NCBI GenBank assembly: GCA_964035545.1
Contig: OZ037767.1
Coordinates: 32,132,628 to 32,196,627, forward strand
Length of the DNA: 64,000 nucleotides
Reading direction: 5' to 3'
Origin: Bugula neritina
Lineage: Eukaryota > Animalia > Bryozoa
In this document: piece by piece, positions 14,406 to 29,134 of the stretch
Numbering within the stretch: position 1 is the stretch's first letter
Layout of the letters: each line of letters begins with the position of its first letter
The notes under the pieces: generated by a model
The model's input: the letters and a program-made list of their open reading frames with translations, nothing else
Database searches by the model: none
Told to the model about the DNA's origin: nothing
Position numbers and translations under genes: made by a program

Positions 14406-14774
14406 GGCACACGTCTCTCTTTTCCGTCTTGCCTTCTAAATGACTCAACCATCTCAAACCTGATGCCAAAACACAAACACCATCAAAATATACTTGTGCT
14501 GTGACAATTACTCTAAATAGCCCAGTTTCTACACTTGGAAGTATCTATATCAAGGGATAGTCTAGTGTACCTCCCGTACTCCTTCAGTTGTGACTAATTA
14601 AGCTAAGGTAGTTGTACCAGTCAATGTAGTTGAGTGATATCACCGCACCTGTCTGCGTGGCTAATTGAGCTCTACGGCTAATTGATCTCTACGAGTATTT
14701 AACTGAGTGCTCAGTGCAACTTCTCACAGAAGTGAAACTCGTACCAACAGCTGTTGGCTGCTAAATTATCCAGG

Positions 14775-17700
14775 ATGAAGTCTCGGAGCAAAATCTTTTT
14801 TCTGTGTCTAACACTGTTGGGTAAGTACAATATCTACCTGTACCATATCTACCTGTACTAGTTACCTGTACCATATCTACCTGTACAATATCTACCTGTA
14901 CAAGTCACCTGTTAATAACTACCAGTGTCTGCTACCTGTATCACGTAGTTGTGAACTTGGAGGCTAGACTAAGGCTCAGACGTCTCAGAAACCGGGGCGG
15001 TACGAGCACCTTATCACCCTTGACCACGTCACGTGCCGTAGTCGATCCCCGTGATACATCATACCCTCATGGATTTTCTCTCAGATTCCGACCAATAGCA
15101 GGTGAGATAATATTCACTGGAACCGCCCATAGCTGCTTGTATGAAATTTATTCATTTAGTATAGAATTGAGTATATAATGTAGTATAGAACATTATGTTA
15201 TTGAATTATGTTGTTATACCTCCAACATTATATGTTTTACTGTGTCTTTGGAAGAACTGGTTATAAACAGGAGTTTCTGTTAAATATATATCTCCTGTTA
15301 TTGTGCCCTAGGAATCCGTCTACCTGCCCCTGTATCCACTCGTACAACCCCTACAACCACCCCTACAACCCCTGCATCCACTCCTACAACCCCTGCATCT
15401 ACTCCTACAACCCCTGCATCCACCACTACAACCCCTGCATCCACCCCTACAACCCCTGCATCCACCACAGCTAGACCCGCTCCTCTAAGGCCACCTCCAG
15501 CTCCTGCCAGCGACGCTCCAGTTCACGACCCTCTGGACAGCGGGCAGCAGGCTGTGGTTGCTGACCAACTGAGAAATATCGGCACTGGAAAGGGCAGCAG
15601 GTCAAGCCAGGTGGGTCTGTCTACCTGTGTGTCTGCCTGTGTGTCTGTTGATAGGTGACTCACAAGTGTTGCAAAATCCCAAGGTCTTTCCTTGGCAGCT
15701 TAAGTAGATGTTCCGTTTTGCATCTTTTACAATGTATTCTAAAGAAGCTTTGAAATTCAGGAACTTTTAAATACCAGGTCAATGTAGTAGGCTCGCAGTA
15801 AATATCTCGTTACAGGTGACACCCTCCACCAAGTCCACCAGACCAACCACTCTGGAGAAGTCGGGCTCACTCGGCTCTAAGATGAGGCAGGACGTTGGAG
15901 ATGAGGGAAGCGATCAGCCTACAAACAACTCAGATGATGCCCTGCTCGTTGAGCTCTTTGAAGACGAAGCACTGAAGTTTACCAAACCTCGCAATGTTGC
16001 GCACATGAGTATGCCTGGCCCTCCGCCCACTCTGTCTCGGCCGTCAGCAACTATTTCCAGTCGGGGCGGTGCTGACTCTGGCAGCGATGGTCCTGGTGAG
16101 ATATTATGCTGCGTGCCACATTATTCACTACTTTGTCATTTCAATATAATATAATATTTCAGCCCTATATAAGTAATACCTTAGCATGATGTATTGTTAT
16201 GCTGTATTGCTTGTTTTGAGCACAGGTTTAAATTGCTGGGACATAATTGCTTATTTTGCCAATTTGTTTTCGTTTGTCTTTCACTAATCTCTGCACTCAC
16301 TCACTGCGCTCTCTCACTCTCTGCCTCATCAGTTGACAACCCAGGCAGGTAATCCCTTTCCCTAATGTCATAGTAGTCAGCGCGTGTCTCAGTAGTAAAT
16401 GATGTGTCACCACTGACCATAAGCTGTATAGTGGTTGTGACCAGCTATGCAAGTGGTTGTTACATAGTAAGATGTCATTAGCATTGCATGATGTCATCCT
16501 GGTCCAGTGTTGTGACCAGCTATGCAAGTGCTTGTTACATAGTAAGATGTCATTAGCATTGCATGATGTCATCCTGGTCCAGTGTTGTGACCAGCTATGC
16601 AAGTGGTTGTTACATAGTAAGATGTCATTAGCATTGCATGATGTCATCTTGGTCCAGTGTTGTGACCAGCTATGCAAGTGCTTGTTTTTGAGCTACAAGT
16701 GTATTTATTGCTCAGTGAGCTAAGGGGGTACAGCATTGTAAAATTATCAGAAATTCCTGGTTTCATTGAAACTTCTGTTATGTTAGGATGTCAGCTAAAA
16801 TTTATTTTGGGAGTCAAACCTTAATAGATTTTAACTTTTTGCAACTAATGTTTGAGAGTTAATTTGGGAGACATCATACTCGTATGTTATAGAACATCAC
16901 ACTATATTATAGTACAATATATCATATAACACAGCATCATATCATATACTACACAGCATCATATCATATACTACACAGCATCATATCATATATTACACAG
17001 CATCATATCATATATTACACAGCATCATATCATATACTACACAGCATCATATCATATACTACACAGCATCATATCATATATTACACAGCATCATATCATA
17101 TATTACACAGCATCATATCATATATTACACAGCATCATATTATATATTACACAGCATCATATCATATATTACACAGCATCATATCATATATTACACAGCA
17201 TCATATCATATATTACACAGCATCATATCATATATTACACAGCATCATATCATATATTACACAGCATCATATCATATATTACACAGCATCATATCATATA
17301 TTACACAGCATCATATCATATACTACACAGCATCATATCATATATTACACAGCATCATATCATATATTACACAGCATCATATCATATGATATGCCATTGC
17401 AGCAAGCAGGCGTGTTGATAGTTATGGTACAGAGTTCTGGTTAGCCTTCATGGACAACAGAGTGGAGGTGCCAGTGAATCAACCTCTAGAGATCTATGTG
17501 ACGGCTGCACATTACGCAGACGGAGCCAAGGCTACAGTTAGCCTGTGGTACTACAACCCGTACGGCAGACGGGAGGAGGTGTTTGATCAGACGGAGGTTC
17601 ACTCAGACAGCGTGAAGATTCTTACAGTGCCAGCGTATATGAGAAATGTTGGTGAGTCGATCACATGATATACTCTCTATACACTCTCTGTATACACATC

Positions 17701-20700
17701 ACATGATATACTCTGTATACTCTATACACATCACATAATATACTCTCTCTATACACATCACATAATATACTCTCTCTATACACATCATATAATATACTCT
17801 GTATACTCTATACACATCATATAATATACTCTCTCTATACACTCTCTATACACATCACATAATATACTCTCTCTATACACATCACATAATATACTCTCTC
17901 TATACTCTCTCTATACTCTCTCTATACACATCATATATATACTCTCTCTATACACATCACATGATATACTCTCTCTATACTCTCTCTATACTCTCTCTCT
18001 ATACTCTCTCTATACACATCATATAATATACTCTGTATACTCTATACACATCACATAATATACTCTCTCTATACACATCACATAATATACTCTCTCTATA
18101 CACATCACATAATATACTCTGTATACTCTATACACATCACATGATATACTCTGTATACTCTATACACATCACATAATATACTCTGTATACTCTATACACA
18201 TCACATAATATACTCTCTCTATACACATCACATAATATACTCTGTATACTCTATACACATCATATAATATACTCTGTATACTCTATACACATCATATAAT
18301 ATACTCTGTATACTCTATCATATTATATACTCTGTATACTCTATACACATCATATAATATACTCTGTATACTCTATACACATCATATAATATACTCTGTA
18401 TACTCTATACACATCACATAATATACTCTGTATACTCTATCATATTTCAGTCAATGGAGTGTTCCAGAAAGGTATTCGTATCGTATCCAGTCGTCCAGTC
18501 AGTGTCGTGGGTTTCAACTACGAGAGGTTCTCTGCAGACGCGTTCAGAGTACTTCCTGTAGACGCATTGTCCTCTCACTACGTGGCCGTGACATACGGAC
18601 AGCCCAAGGTCCGCACACAGCTAGCGTGTCTAGCACTGCGGGACGATACCCTCCTCAGAGTGACCCTCCCACGACCTCCGCCACCCGGGGTCACGGAACC
18701 TGTTGTTGATATTGAAGGTGAGACAGCTACTCTTTAGAGTTGGAGGGAACTTTCTCAGTAACATAATTATATACGTTGTAATGCATCTAGCTTGTACAAC
18801 TTCACGTCATACAGTTTGCATACGTTGGTGATTTCCAGGTCTGCGGTTTGGGGCAGGAGAGACGTTCAATCTCACTCTGAATGCATTTGAAGTTCTGGCT
18901 CTACGTTCAGTCGGTGATCTGACTGGCGCAAGTTTGGTGTCTTCTGACAAGGTGGGTGTGGCTGGTGTACTCTGTCATATATATGTTCATATACAGTATA
19001 CTCTATCATATATATGTTCATATACAGTATACTCTGTCATATATATGTTCATATACAGTATACTCTGTCATATATATGTTCATATACAGTATACTCTGTC
19101 ATATATATGTTCATATACAGTATACTCTGTCATATATATGTTCATATACAGTATACACTGTCATATATATGTTCATATACAGTATACTCTGTCATATATA
19201 TGTTCATATACAGTATACTCTGTCATATATATGTTCATATACACCGTACCCTGTCATATATATGTTCATATATAGTATACACTGTCATATATATGTTCAT
19301 ATACAGTGTACTCTGTCATATATATGTTCATATACAGTATACACTGTCATATATATGTTCATATACAGTATACTCTATCATATATATGTTCATATACAGT
19401 ATACACTGTCATATATATGTTCATATACAGTATACTCTGTCATATATATGTTCATATACAGTATACTCTGTCATATATATGTTCATATACACCGTACCCT
19501 GTCATATATATGTTCATATATAGTATACACTGTCATATATATGTTCATATACAGTGTACTCTGTCATATATATGTTCATATACAGTATACTCTGTCATAC
19601 TCTGTCATACTCCGTCATACTCTGTCATACTCTGTCATACTCTGTCATAATCTATCATATATATGTTCATATACAGTATACTCTGTCATACTCTGTCATA
19701 CACGCAGGTCGCCTGCTTCTCTGGAAATGTCCGAGCTCACGTCGCTGCCGGACTAGAAGGCTGGTCCAGAGATCATCTAATATCACAGCTGCTGCCTGTC
19801 TCCACGTGGCAGACAGAGTTTGCTATCAGCGCTGCCCCTTCGGGATTGGCCGGAGCTTGTACGTATATCTCACGGTGCTACCATGGTTACAGTACATCTC
19901 ACGGTGTTACCATGGTTACAGTACATCTCACGGTGTTACCATGGTTACAGTACATCTCACAGTGCTACCATGGTTACAGTACATCTCACGGTGTTACCAT
20001 GGTTACAGTACATCTTACGGTGTTACCATGGTTACAGTACATCTTACGGTGTTACCATGGTTACAGTGCATCTCACAGTGTTACTATAGTTACACTCTAA
20101 TATCATGTAACCTTGACCTGTCCTCCACACCTGCCGCCATTTTGTAGCCCTGGGAGAGACCCATATCTTTGTCAGCTCACAGCCAGACACCCGGATTGTC
20201 GTCACAGAATCCGGGAAGACCCCGGTCACTCTGACAATCAGACACGCCTACGGGAAGGCATTTGTAAGTGTTGCTCTTGTTGCTGAGAGAAGTGGATTAG
20301 ACGACAGGTTGCAGTATCTCTTTTGTCATTCAACTCTGTGTGACTGCAGATAAAGAACCTGGATGGGTTTGCCCATGTTCTGTCAGATAAGCCAATACAA
20401 GTAGCTCAGGTGTTCGGCTCCCAGCAAGGCAGGGATTCTCCGGTAACTGGAGACCCCAGCATGGTGATATACAGCGCCATTAGTCAGTACTCCAGCCTGC
20501 CTCAGACTACCCTTCCACCTGAAGGTCACTTCGGGTGAGTTCAAGGTCATGTTAATGTTTGTACACGTGTTTATATACACGTTGCTTTACATGTTGGTAT
20601 ACATGTTGGTACACATGTTGTTGATATATACATATTGGACAGGTATATCATATTAGTATATACGTATTGGACAGGTATATCATATTAGTATATACATATT

Positions 20701-23700
20701 GGACAGGTATATCATATTAGTATATACATATTGGACAGGTATATCATATTAGTATATACATATTGGACAGGTATATCAACAAGGTACTCATATTTATCGA
20801 TAAGAATCAAAGACAAGGTCTGCGAATGAGTCGCAAGAGAAATAATCAACTCGAGAGTGGTAACTGGTTCTCCGTTCCAAACACCAACCTTGTGGGTCGC
20901 TGTGAGTGTTGCTTTACATTGTATTATATTACACTGATATATTATATATATATAGCCCTGAGTGTTATAGCAATATATAAAACGTATATTACAGTCCTGA
21001 GTGTAATATAATAATATATAAATCATATTATATTACAGTCCTGAGTGTGATATAATAATATATGAAGCGTATTATATTACAGTCCTGAGTGTAGATGAAG
21101 ACAGACTGACACAGATATACCACACAGACAACTCCGTACGATTCTATGTTCAGTATTACGGCTTCTCAGATAGAGAAAGTTACACCTACGCTGGTGCCAT
21201 CTCCATGTCTGTGGTTAGTGCTCTATATCTCTATGTCTATGTGTAGTATGCTATATATCTCTATGTCTATGTGTAGTATGCTATATATCTCTAGGTCTAT
21301 GTATATTATGCTCTATATCTCTATGTCTATGTGTAGTATGTTATATATCTCTATGTCTATGTGTAGTATGTTATATATCTCTATGTCTATGTGTAGTATG
21401 TTATATATCTCTATGTCTATGTGTAGTATGTTATATATCTCTATGTCTATGTGTAGTATGTTATATATCTCTATGTCTATGTGTAGTATGTTATATATCT
21501 CTATGTCTATGTGTAGTATGTTATATATCTCCATGTCTATGTGTAGTATGTTATATATCTCTATGTCTATGTGTTACTTCCTCTCAGGGCTGTGACCACA
21601 CACCATCAGTAGCTGGAGATGGAATAGACAATGATTGTGATGGCTATGTAGATGAAGAGATCATTGATAATTATGGTGAGTATAGACGTCATTGCCGGCC
21701 ACATTGTGTTCTTATTATCGTTATTGGTTTATGTATTTTTAGAAAAGCTCTTGTATTCAAAGTGGTTTGTTGTGTGAAGATCTACAATTCATGTCACTGT
21801 TTCCATGGTTACAGATAGTTCTGTATTGTGACTGTTTCCATGGTTACAGATAGTTCTGTATTGTGTCACTGTTTCCATGGTTACAGATAATGATGGAGAC
21901 GGGTTAGTGGATGAAGACACTGGACACAGGAAGCCGTATGAGCTGGTGGGAGGGAAAGAGTACGTGCTGACCTTCATGGAGAACAGTGCTGCCGAGTTTG
22001 ATCAGAACATACACCTGTATATGGCTGTCTCACCTGATGAGAATGTTGCGCAGGTGGATGTGACCATCAGGTAAAAATACGTCTGCATAATAATACGTCT
22101 GCACTGGTACTACTTAATAATGCATCTGCACTGGTACTTCATAATAATACGTCTGCACTGATACTACATAATAATACGTCTGCACTGATACTATATAATA
22201 ATACGTCTGCACTGATACTACTTAATACTACATCTGCACTGGTACTATATAATAATACGTCTGCACTGATACTACTTAATAATACGTCTGCACTGATACT
22301 ACATAATAATACGTCTGCACTGGTAGTATATAATAATACGTCTGCACTGGTGAAGTACTTTGTGAGTCATGTGATCACTGATAGTCTGTCTGTTTCCTGT
22401 AGCCAACCCCGACTCTCCAGTTCTGGGATTACCACTACTACAGTCACTGTTACTAAGGGACGTTTCCACATGGTCAACCTCCAGCCAGATGATGCGGTCG
22501 TATATGGCACCAGGAAGTAAGTTTAGCTTCCTCTGTTTTCTCATAGCCGTTTCCTGTTACACGTACAGTTCTCACGCTAAGGCACTGCACCTCAGCCACC
22601 CATTGTATTATTACTCGTATATTTTACTTGCAGATCAAATAAGGCCATTAGAGTTGTCTCCACTCATCGGATTGTCGTGTATGCTTTGAACAGGAAACGC
22701 TTCTCAATGGACGGTAATTTGGTCTTGCCAGTTGATAGACTCGGTACTGAGTATTACACAGTATCATACAGGTTAGTTGATAGACTCGGTACTGAATATT
22801 ACACAGTATCTTACAGGTTAGTTGGTAGACTTGGTACTGAATATTACACAGTATCATACAGGTTAGTTGATAGACTCGGTACTGAATATTACACAGTATC
22901 TTACAGGTTAGTTGATAAACTCGGTACTGAATATTACACAGTATCATACAGGTTAGTTGGTAGACTCGGTACTGAATATTACACAGTATCTTACAGGTTA
23001 GTTGATAGACTCGGTACTGAGTATTACACAGTATCATACAGGTTAGTTGATAGACTTGGTACTGAGTATTACACAGTATCATACAGGTTAGTTGATAGAC
23101 TTGGTACTGAGTATTACACAGTATCACCACACCCCTTTTATATATCTGTAGTCCGAGTCACGTTGCCACGCAGTTCGCCATTGTCGCTACCGAGCCAGAT
23201 ACCGTAGTGGAGATTGTCTTTCCTCCAGAAGTGAGAGGGAAGCCCTGGTCAGACGGCCCTATTCAGGTGACCTTCACCTTACCACAACTTTCACAAACTT
23301 ATCAGTTAGAGCTTAGTTTCATACCTTTCTATACCTGCAAGAAGCTGTCTTTACCTGCAAGAAACCAATCTTGCTTTGCTATACGTTTAATTTTAAACTT
23401 CTTATTAAAAGTTGAAATATTTATAATTGGTTGAAATGATGAATTACTTGCCTAAACTATATTTCCACATCACATCGAGTTTGATAAATTTAACTATTGG
23501 CTCTCCACTAGTTGTTGGCATTGAGTCTTGTATGTCTAGTAATAACATGTTTAGTAGTCACATGTCTAGTGTCATATGTCTAGTGTCACATGTCTAGTGT
23601 CACATGTCTAGTGTCACATGTCTAGTGTCACATGTCTAGTGTCACATGTCTAGTGTCACATGTCTAGTGTCACATGTCTAGTGTCACATGTCTAGTGTCA

Positions 23701-26700
23701 CATGTCTAGTGTCACATGTCTAGTGTCACATGTCATGTGTCACATGTCATGTGTCTACAGGTGCCCTGGAAAGGGTTCATGTATACCAACAACCACCAGC
23801 TGACGATAAGACTGAATGAATTTGAAGCTCTACAAATGCAGAGTGGATACGACTTACCCCGAGATTTTGCTAACCGCTACCTGAGGGGGGACCTCACGGG
23901 CACCCACATCTCGTCTAATAAGCCCATAGCAGTCTTCTCCGGGAATGGCAGAGTCAATACTAAACCATCTAAATCTAGAGTGAGTTTCATATATATAGTC
24001 TATACTAAACCTTCTATACTGAGAATGAGTATCACATCTCCTTCTATTCACACATTGCAGGACCATTTAGTGGAACAGCTTCCCTCTGTGAGCACCTGGG
24101 GAAAGGAATACATTGTAACTCCAACACCTGGTAGAACCGTCGGTGAATATTATAGAATCATAGCTTCAAAACCTAACACCAAAGTCATAGTTGACAGGTG
24201 AGTGTCATAGTTTAAAGGTCATAGTTGATAGGTGAGTTCAAAGGTCATAGGTGCAAGTGTGAGTCAGACTCTATCTGCTATATCTGCAAGCTAATGTTTC
24301 AGGAGTGACGGGTACTACGAGACTTTCACTATTGGTAAAGGAGAATTCAACCAGCTGAATGTGTTGAGGGGAGGAGTCTCAGCCTCTATATACGCAGATA
24401 AACCCGTCATGGTGGTGATGTTTATGAAGAGCCAGGACTCCCCTCTGGGCGTCATGGTAATACCTATTCTATGTTACATCTACTCTCTCTACTACATCTA
24501 CTCTCTCTACTACATCTACTCTCTCTACATCTACTCTCTCTACTACATCTACTCTCTCTACATCTACTCTCTACTACATCTACTCTCTCTACTACATCTA
24601 CTCTCTCTACTACATCTACTCTCTCTACATCTACTCTCTCTACTACATCTACTCTCTCTACTACATCTACTCTCTCTACATCTACTCTCTCTACTACATC
24701 TACTCTCTCTACTACATCTACTCTCTCTACTACATCTACTCTATACTACATCTACTCTCTCTACTACATCTACTCTCTACTACATCTACTCTCTCTACTA
24801 CATCTACTCTCTACTACATCTACTCTCTCTACATCTACTCTCTCTACTACATCTACTCTCTACTACATCTACTCTCTACTACATCTACTCTCTCTACTAC
24901 ATCTACTCTCTCTACATCTACTCTCTCTACTACATCTACTCTCTACTACATTTACTCTCTACTACATCTACTCTCTACTACATCTACTCTCTCTACTACA
25001 TCTACTCTCTACTACATCTACTCTCTCTACATCTACTCTATACTTCACCTATTCTATAGCTTTAGTTATGTGCTATTTATAGTAATATTTCATTGTCTGG
25101 CAGAGCGAGCCCGGAGACCCGGCCATGATAGTCATCCCGCACACCTACCAGTGGGTGTACCGTCTGCACTTTGGTACTCCGCTAGCCAACTACCAAGACT
25201 TCCACGTCACCGTTGTCCTTCAAAGGAAGTTCATCAGTGGACTGAGGCTCAACGGGGAGCTCATTCCACCTTCTGATTTCATTGTCACTCCGAGACGTGC
25301 GTAACAGTTTTCCCTCTTAACGTTGCGCTGCCCTTACTACTTGCGTTTGCTTTACTTCCAATATTTACAATTATATACATCTGCCACGCTATAGACATCT
25401 GTTTAGACCTGAATAATAATAAAACTTCAGTTTATTCGTTGGTGACTGGTTAGTTTGTATTCCTATACTATACACTGTGTAGGTGTTCAATATGTCTGCA
25501 TTAATTCTCACTAAACAGCATTTCCGGGGTATTTTCAGTTGGAACAAAGACATATGCATACGTCGTGCTTAACGTACAGCAAGGACAGGACTACAAGCTC
25601 TCCCATGACCATCCTTCTGCTAACTTCTTTGCCCAGCTTTACGGTGAGATTCAACATGTAGTGTTATCACTCAGTCTATATTCTTATATAATATCACACC
25701 TCTTTCTCACTACCTGCATTTGTGGGATGGTGTACAATGCAGTAGTGGTGTACAATGCAGTAGTGAGATACAATGCAGTAGTGGTGTACAATACAGTAGT
25801 GGGATACAATGCAGTAGTGGAATACAATGCAGTACTGAGATACAATGCAGTAGTGGGATGGTGTACAATGCAGTAGTGAGATACAATGCAGTAGTGGGAT
25901 ACAATGCAGTAGTGAGATACAATGCAGTAGTGGGATGGTGTACAATGCAGTAGTGGGATGGTGTACAATGCAGTAGTGGGGTGGTGTACAATGCAGTAGT
26001 GGGATGGTGTACAATGCAGTAGTGGGATGGTGTACAATGCAGTAGTGAGATACAATACAGTAGTGAGATACAATGCAGTAGTGGGATACAATACAGTAGT
26101 GGGATACAATGCAGTAGTGAGATACAATGCAGTAGTGGGATACAATGCAGTAGTGGGATACAATGCAGTAGTGGGGTGGTGTACAATGCAGTAGTGGGAT
26201 GGTGTACAATGCAGTAGTGGGGTGGTGTACAATGCAGTAGTGGGATGGTGTACAATGCAGTAGTGGGGTGGTGTACAATGCAGTAGTGGGGTGGTGTACA
26301 ATACAGTAGTGGGATGGTGTACAATGCAGTAGTGGGATGGTGTACAATGCAGTAGTGAGATACAATGCAGTAGTGAGATACAATGCAGTAGTGGGATACA
26401 ATGCAGTAGTGAGATACAATGCAGTAGTGAGATACAATGCAGTAGTGAGATACAATGCAGTAGTGAGATACAATGCAGTACTGAGATGTACGTCTAACCT
26501 GTCTCCAGGCACCAGAGACAGGGAGTCTGTTGGTTACGTACTCGGGGTGAATCTGCCAATAGAAAACAAAGCCTATGTGTACTACCCTCAAGATCCTCCA
26601 ATACCGGGTGGGTTTACCAACGACCCGTATGATATTCACACCGTGGAGCTCTGCAATGATGGTATCGACAATGATGGTGATTTCCTTGCCGATGAGGACT

Positions 26701-28831
26701 GTGAACGTGAGTTTGTGCTGCATTACCACTCGCACTAACGTAATACTAGCACTCCAGTAGCACTATACTAGCACTAATGTAATACTAGCACTGCAGTAGC
26801 ACTCCAGTAGCTCTACAGTAGCTCTACACTAGCACTACAGTAGCACTATACTAGCACTATACTAGCACTGCAGTAGCACTCCAGGAGCTCTACAGTAGCA
26901 CTACAGTAACTCTACAGTAGCTCTACACTAGCACTATACTAGCACTCCAGTAGCACTGCAGTAGCACTATTTAGATGGCTTGCCGTGACTTCATTTGGTT
27001 CTAGATCTCAAAGGTTTTCTCTTATTGATCATCAAGAGGTATTGCCTGTGACTATTATAATGTATAAGCAGAATTTACCTTCACTGTTGGTTGCTACACA
27101 CGTATCATAGAGTCTAGTTGTGTTATTATGTGGTAGTCGAGTGTTTGTGATTGCAGATGCCCATGAGTATTACGCTATGTTCCTGACTAACACCGTACCC
27201 CAACCTCTGGACCACAGTCTAGAGATCCACTGCGTCTCTACTTCCAACAAGAACTATGTCCGTCTTACTACTGGCCACATCAACCGCCGCATCGCTCGAC
27301 ACGAAGTTGAGAAAAACATTATACAAGAAGTAGAATTAAACCGGGATGAGGCCATTTTGTTTACAGTTCCTGGTCACTACAGAGCGCAGTTGAGTCGCAG
27401 CGGCTACTTTGACACTCAGTACAAGGTGAGTTGGTAGACATGACACTCAGTACAAGGTGAGTTGGTAGACATGACACTCAGTACAAGGTGAGTTGGTAGA
27501 CATGACACTCAGTACAAGGTGAGTTGGTAGACATGACACTCAGTACAAGGTGAGTTGGTAGACATGACACTCAGTGCATGGTGAGTTGGTAGACATGACA
27601 CTCAGTACAAGGTGAGTTGGTAGACATGACACTCAGTACAAGGTGAGTTGGTAGACATGACACTCAGTGCATGGTGAGTTGGTAGACATGACACTCAGTG
27701 CATGGTGAGTTGGTAGACATGACACTCAGTACAAGGTGAGTTGGTAGACATGACACTCAGTACAAGGTGAGTTGGTAGACATGACACTCAGTGCATGGTG
27801 AGTTGGTAGACATGACACTCAGTACAAAGTGAGTTGGTAGACATGACACCTTCTCATCATCTTGCAGGGGGTGGTGGTTGAGTCTGATTGGGCTTTGGAG
27901 TGTTTCACATTCAATAAAGACACGGGAAGTGCAGACGGTTGGCTGATGAAGGATTACTATGACTTGGGAACCAGCTACGTCGTGTCTGCTGCGTATCCAT
28001 ATGCAAACCATCAGCTGATTGGTCTAGTTGGTACAGAAGACAACACCCAGGTGAGAATACTTATGTAAACCATCAGCTGATTGGTCTAGTTGGTACAGAA
28101 GACAACACCCGGCTGATTGGTCTATTGATTTACTTTAAGGTGTCCGTGACATTGCCTGCTAATACAGACCCAAACCTCTTCTACACTTACATTGATGTCC
28201 AAGGCTACAGATATTATGCTGGAGAGAGTTTCAATATCACGTTGAATAGACTTCAAATATTCCAGTTGGACGTCAAGAATGGATTTGATCTTAGTGGTCT
28301 GTATTCACTGTATTCATTGCATCCCTTGGTGTAGCACAGAGTGGTGGTAGTACAGAGTGGTGGTAGTACAGAGTGGTGGTAGTACAGAGTGGTGTAGTAC
28401 AGAGTGGTGGTAGTACAGAGTGGCGGTAGTACAGAGTGGTGTAGTACAGAGTGGTGTAGTACAGAGTGGTGTAGTACAGAGTGGTGGTAGTACAGAGTGG
28501 TGGTAGTACGGAGTGGTGGTAGTACGGAGTGGTGGTAGTACGGAGTGGTGGTGGTGGTAATATCTAATAGCCATCTAATACCTCCTGCAGGTACATTCAT
28601 CAACTCCAACAGGCCGGTCGCAGTGTTTGCTGGGAACGAGAGAAGTGGCATCCCCTACCAGAGTTATGTTGGCTACGACCACGCTGCCGATCAGCTGCCT
28701 GCTATTATTAGAAAATCAGAGTTGGCTCCACACGCTGGAACCAGCTTTAGATACGACATCTTACCCACTGTTGGTAACGACCTCTACGATAGATATCAGT
28801 GAGTAGTAGCAGTAGTAGTAGTACTAGTAGT

Positions 28832-28898
<67 letters not shown>

Positions 28899-28988
28899 CA
28901 GCGGTAGTAGTAGTAGTATAGTAGTAGTAGTAGCAGCAGCGGTAGTAGTAGTAGTAGTAGTAGTATAGTAGTAGTAGTAGCAGCAGCG

Positions 28989-29039
<51 letters not shown>

Positions 29040-29097
29040 TAGCAGCGGTGGTAGTAGTAGTAGTAGTAGTAGTATAGTAGTAGTAGTAGCAGCAGCG

Positions 29098-29134
<37 letters not shown>

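Noticed and set aside
14075-14504. Overlapping 70-126-aa ORFs between SMARCAD1 and the FCGBP-like gene
   Set aside because: Products of a stop-poor 19/22-nt minisatellite
22731-27867. Intron creation by tandem duplication of AGGT-containing exon sequence
   Set aside because: In each case the intron has an independent, non-repeat acceptor or donor at the other end, so the repeats expanded pre-existing introns rather than creating them
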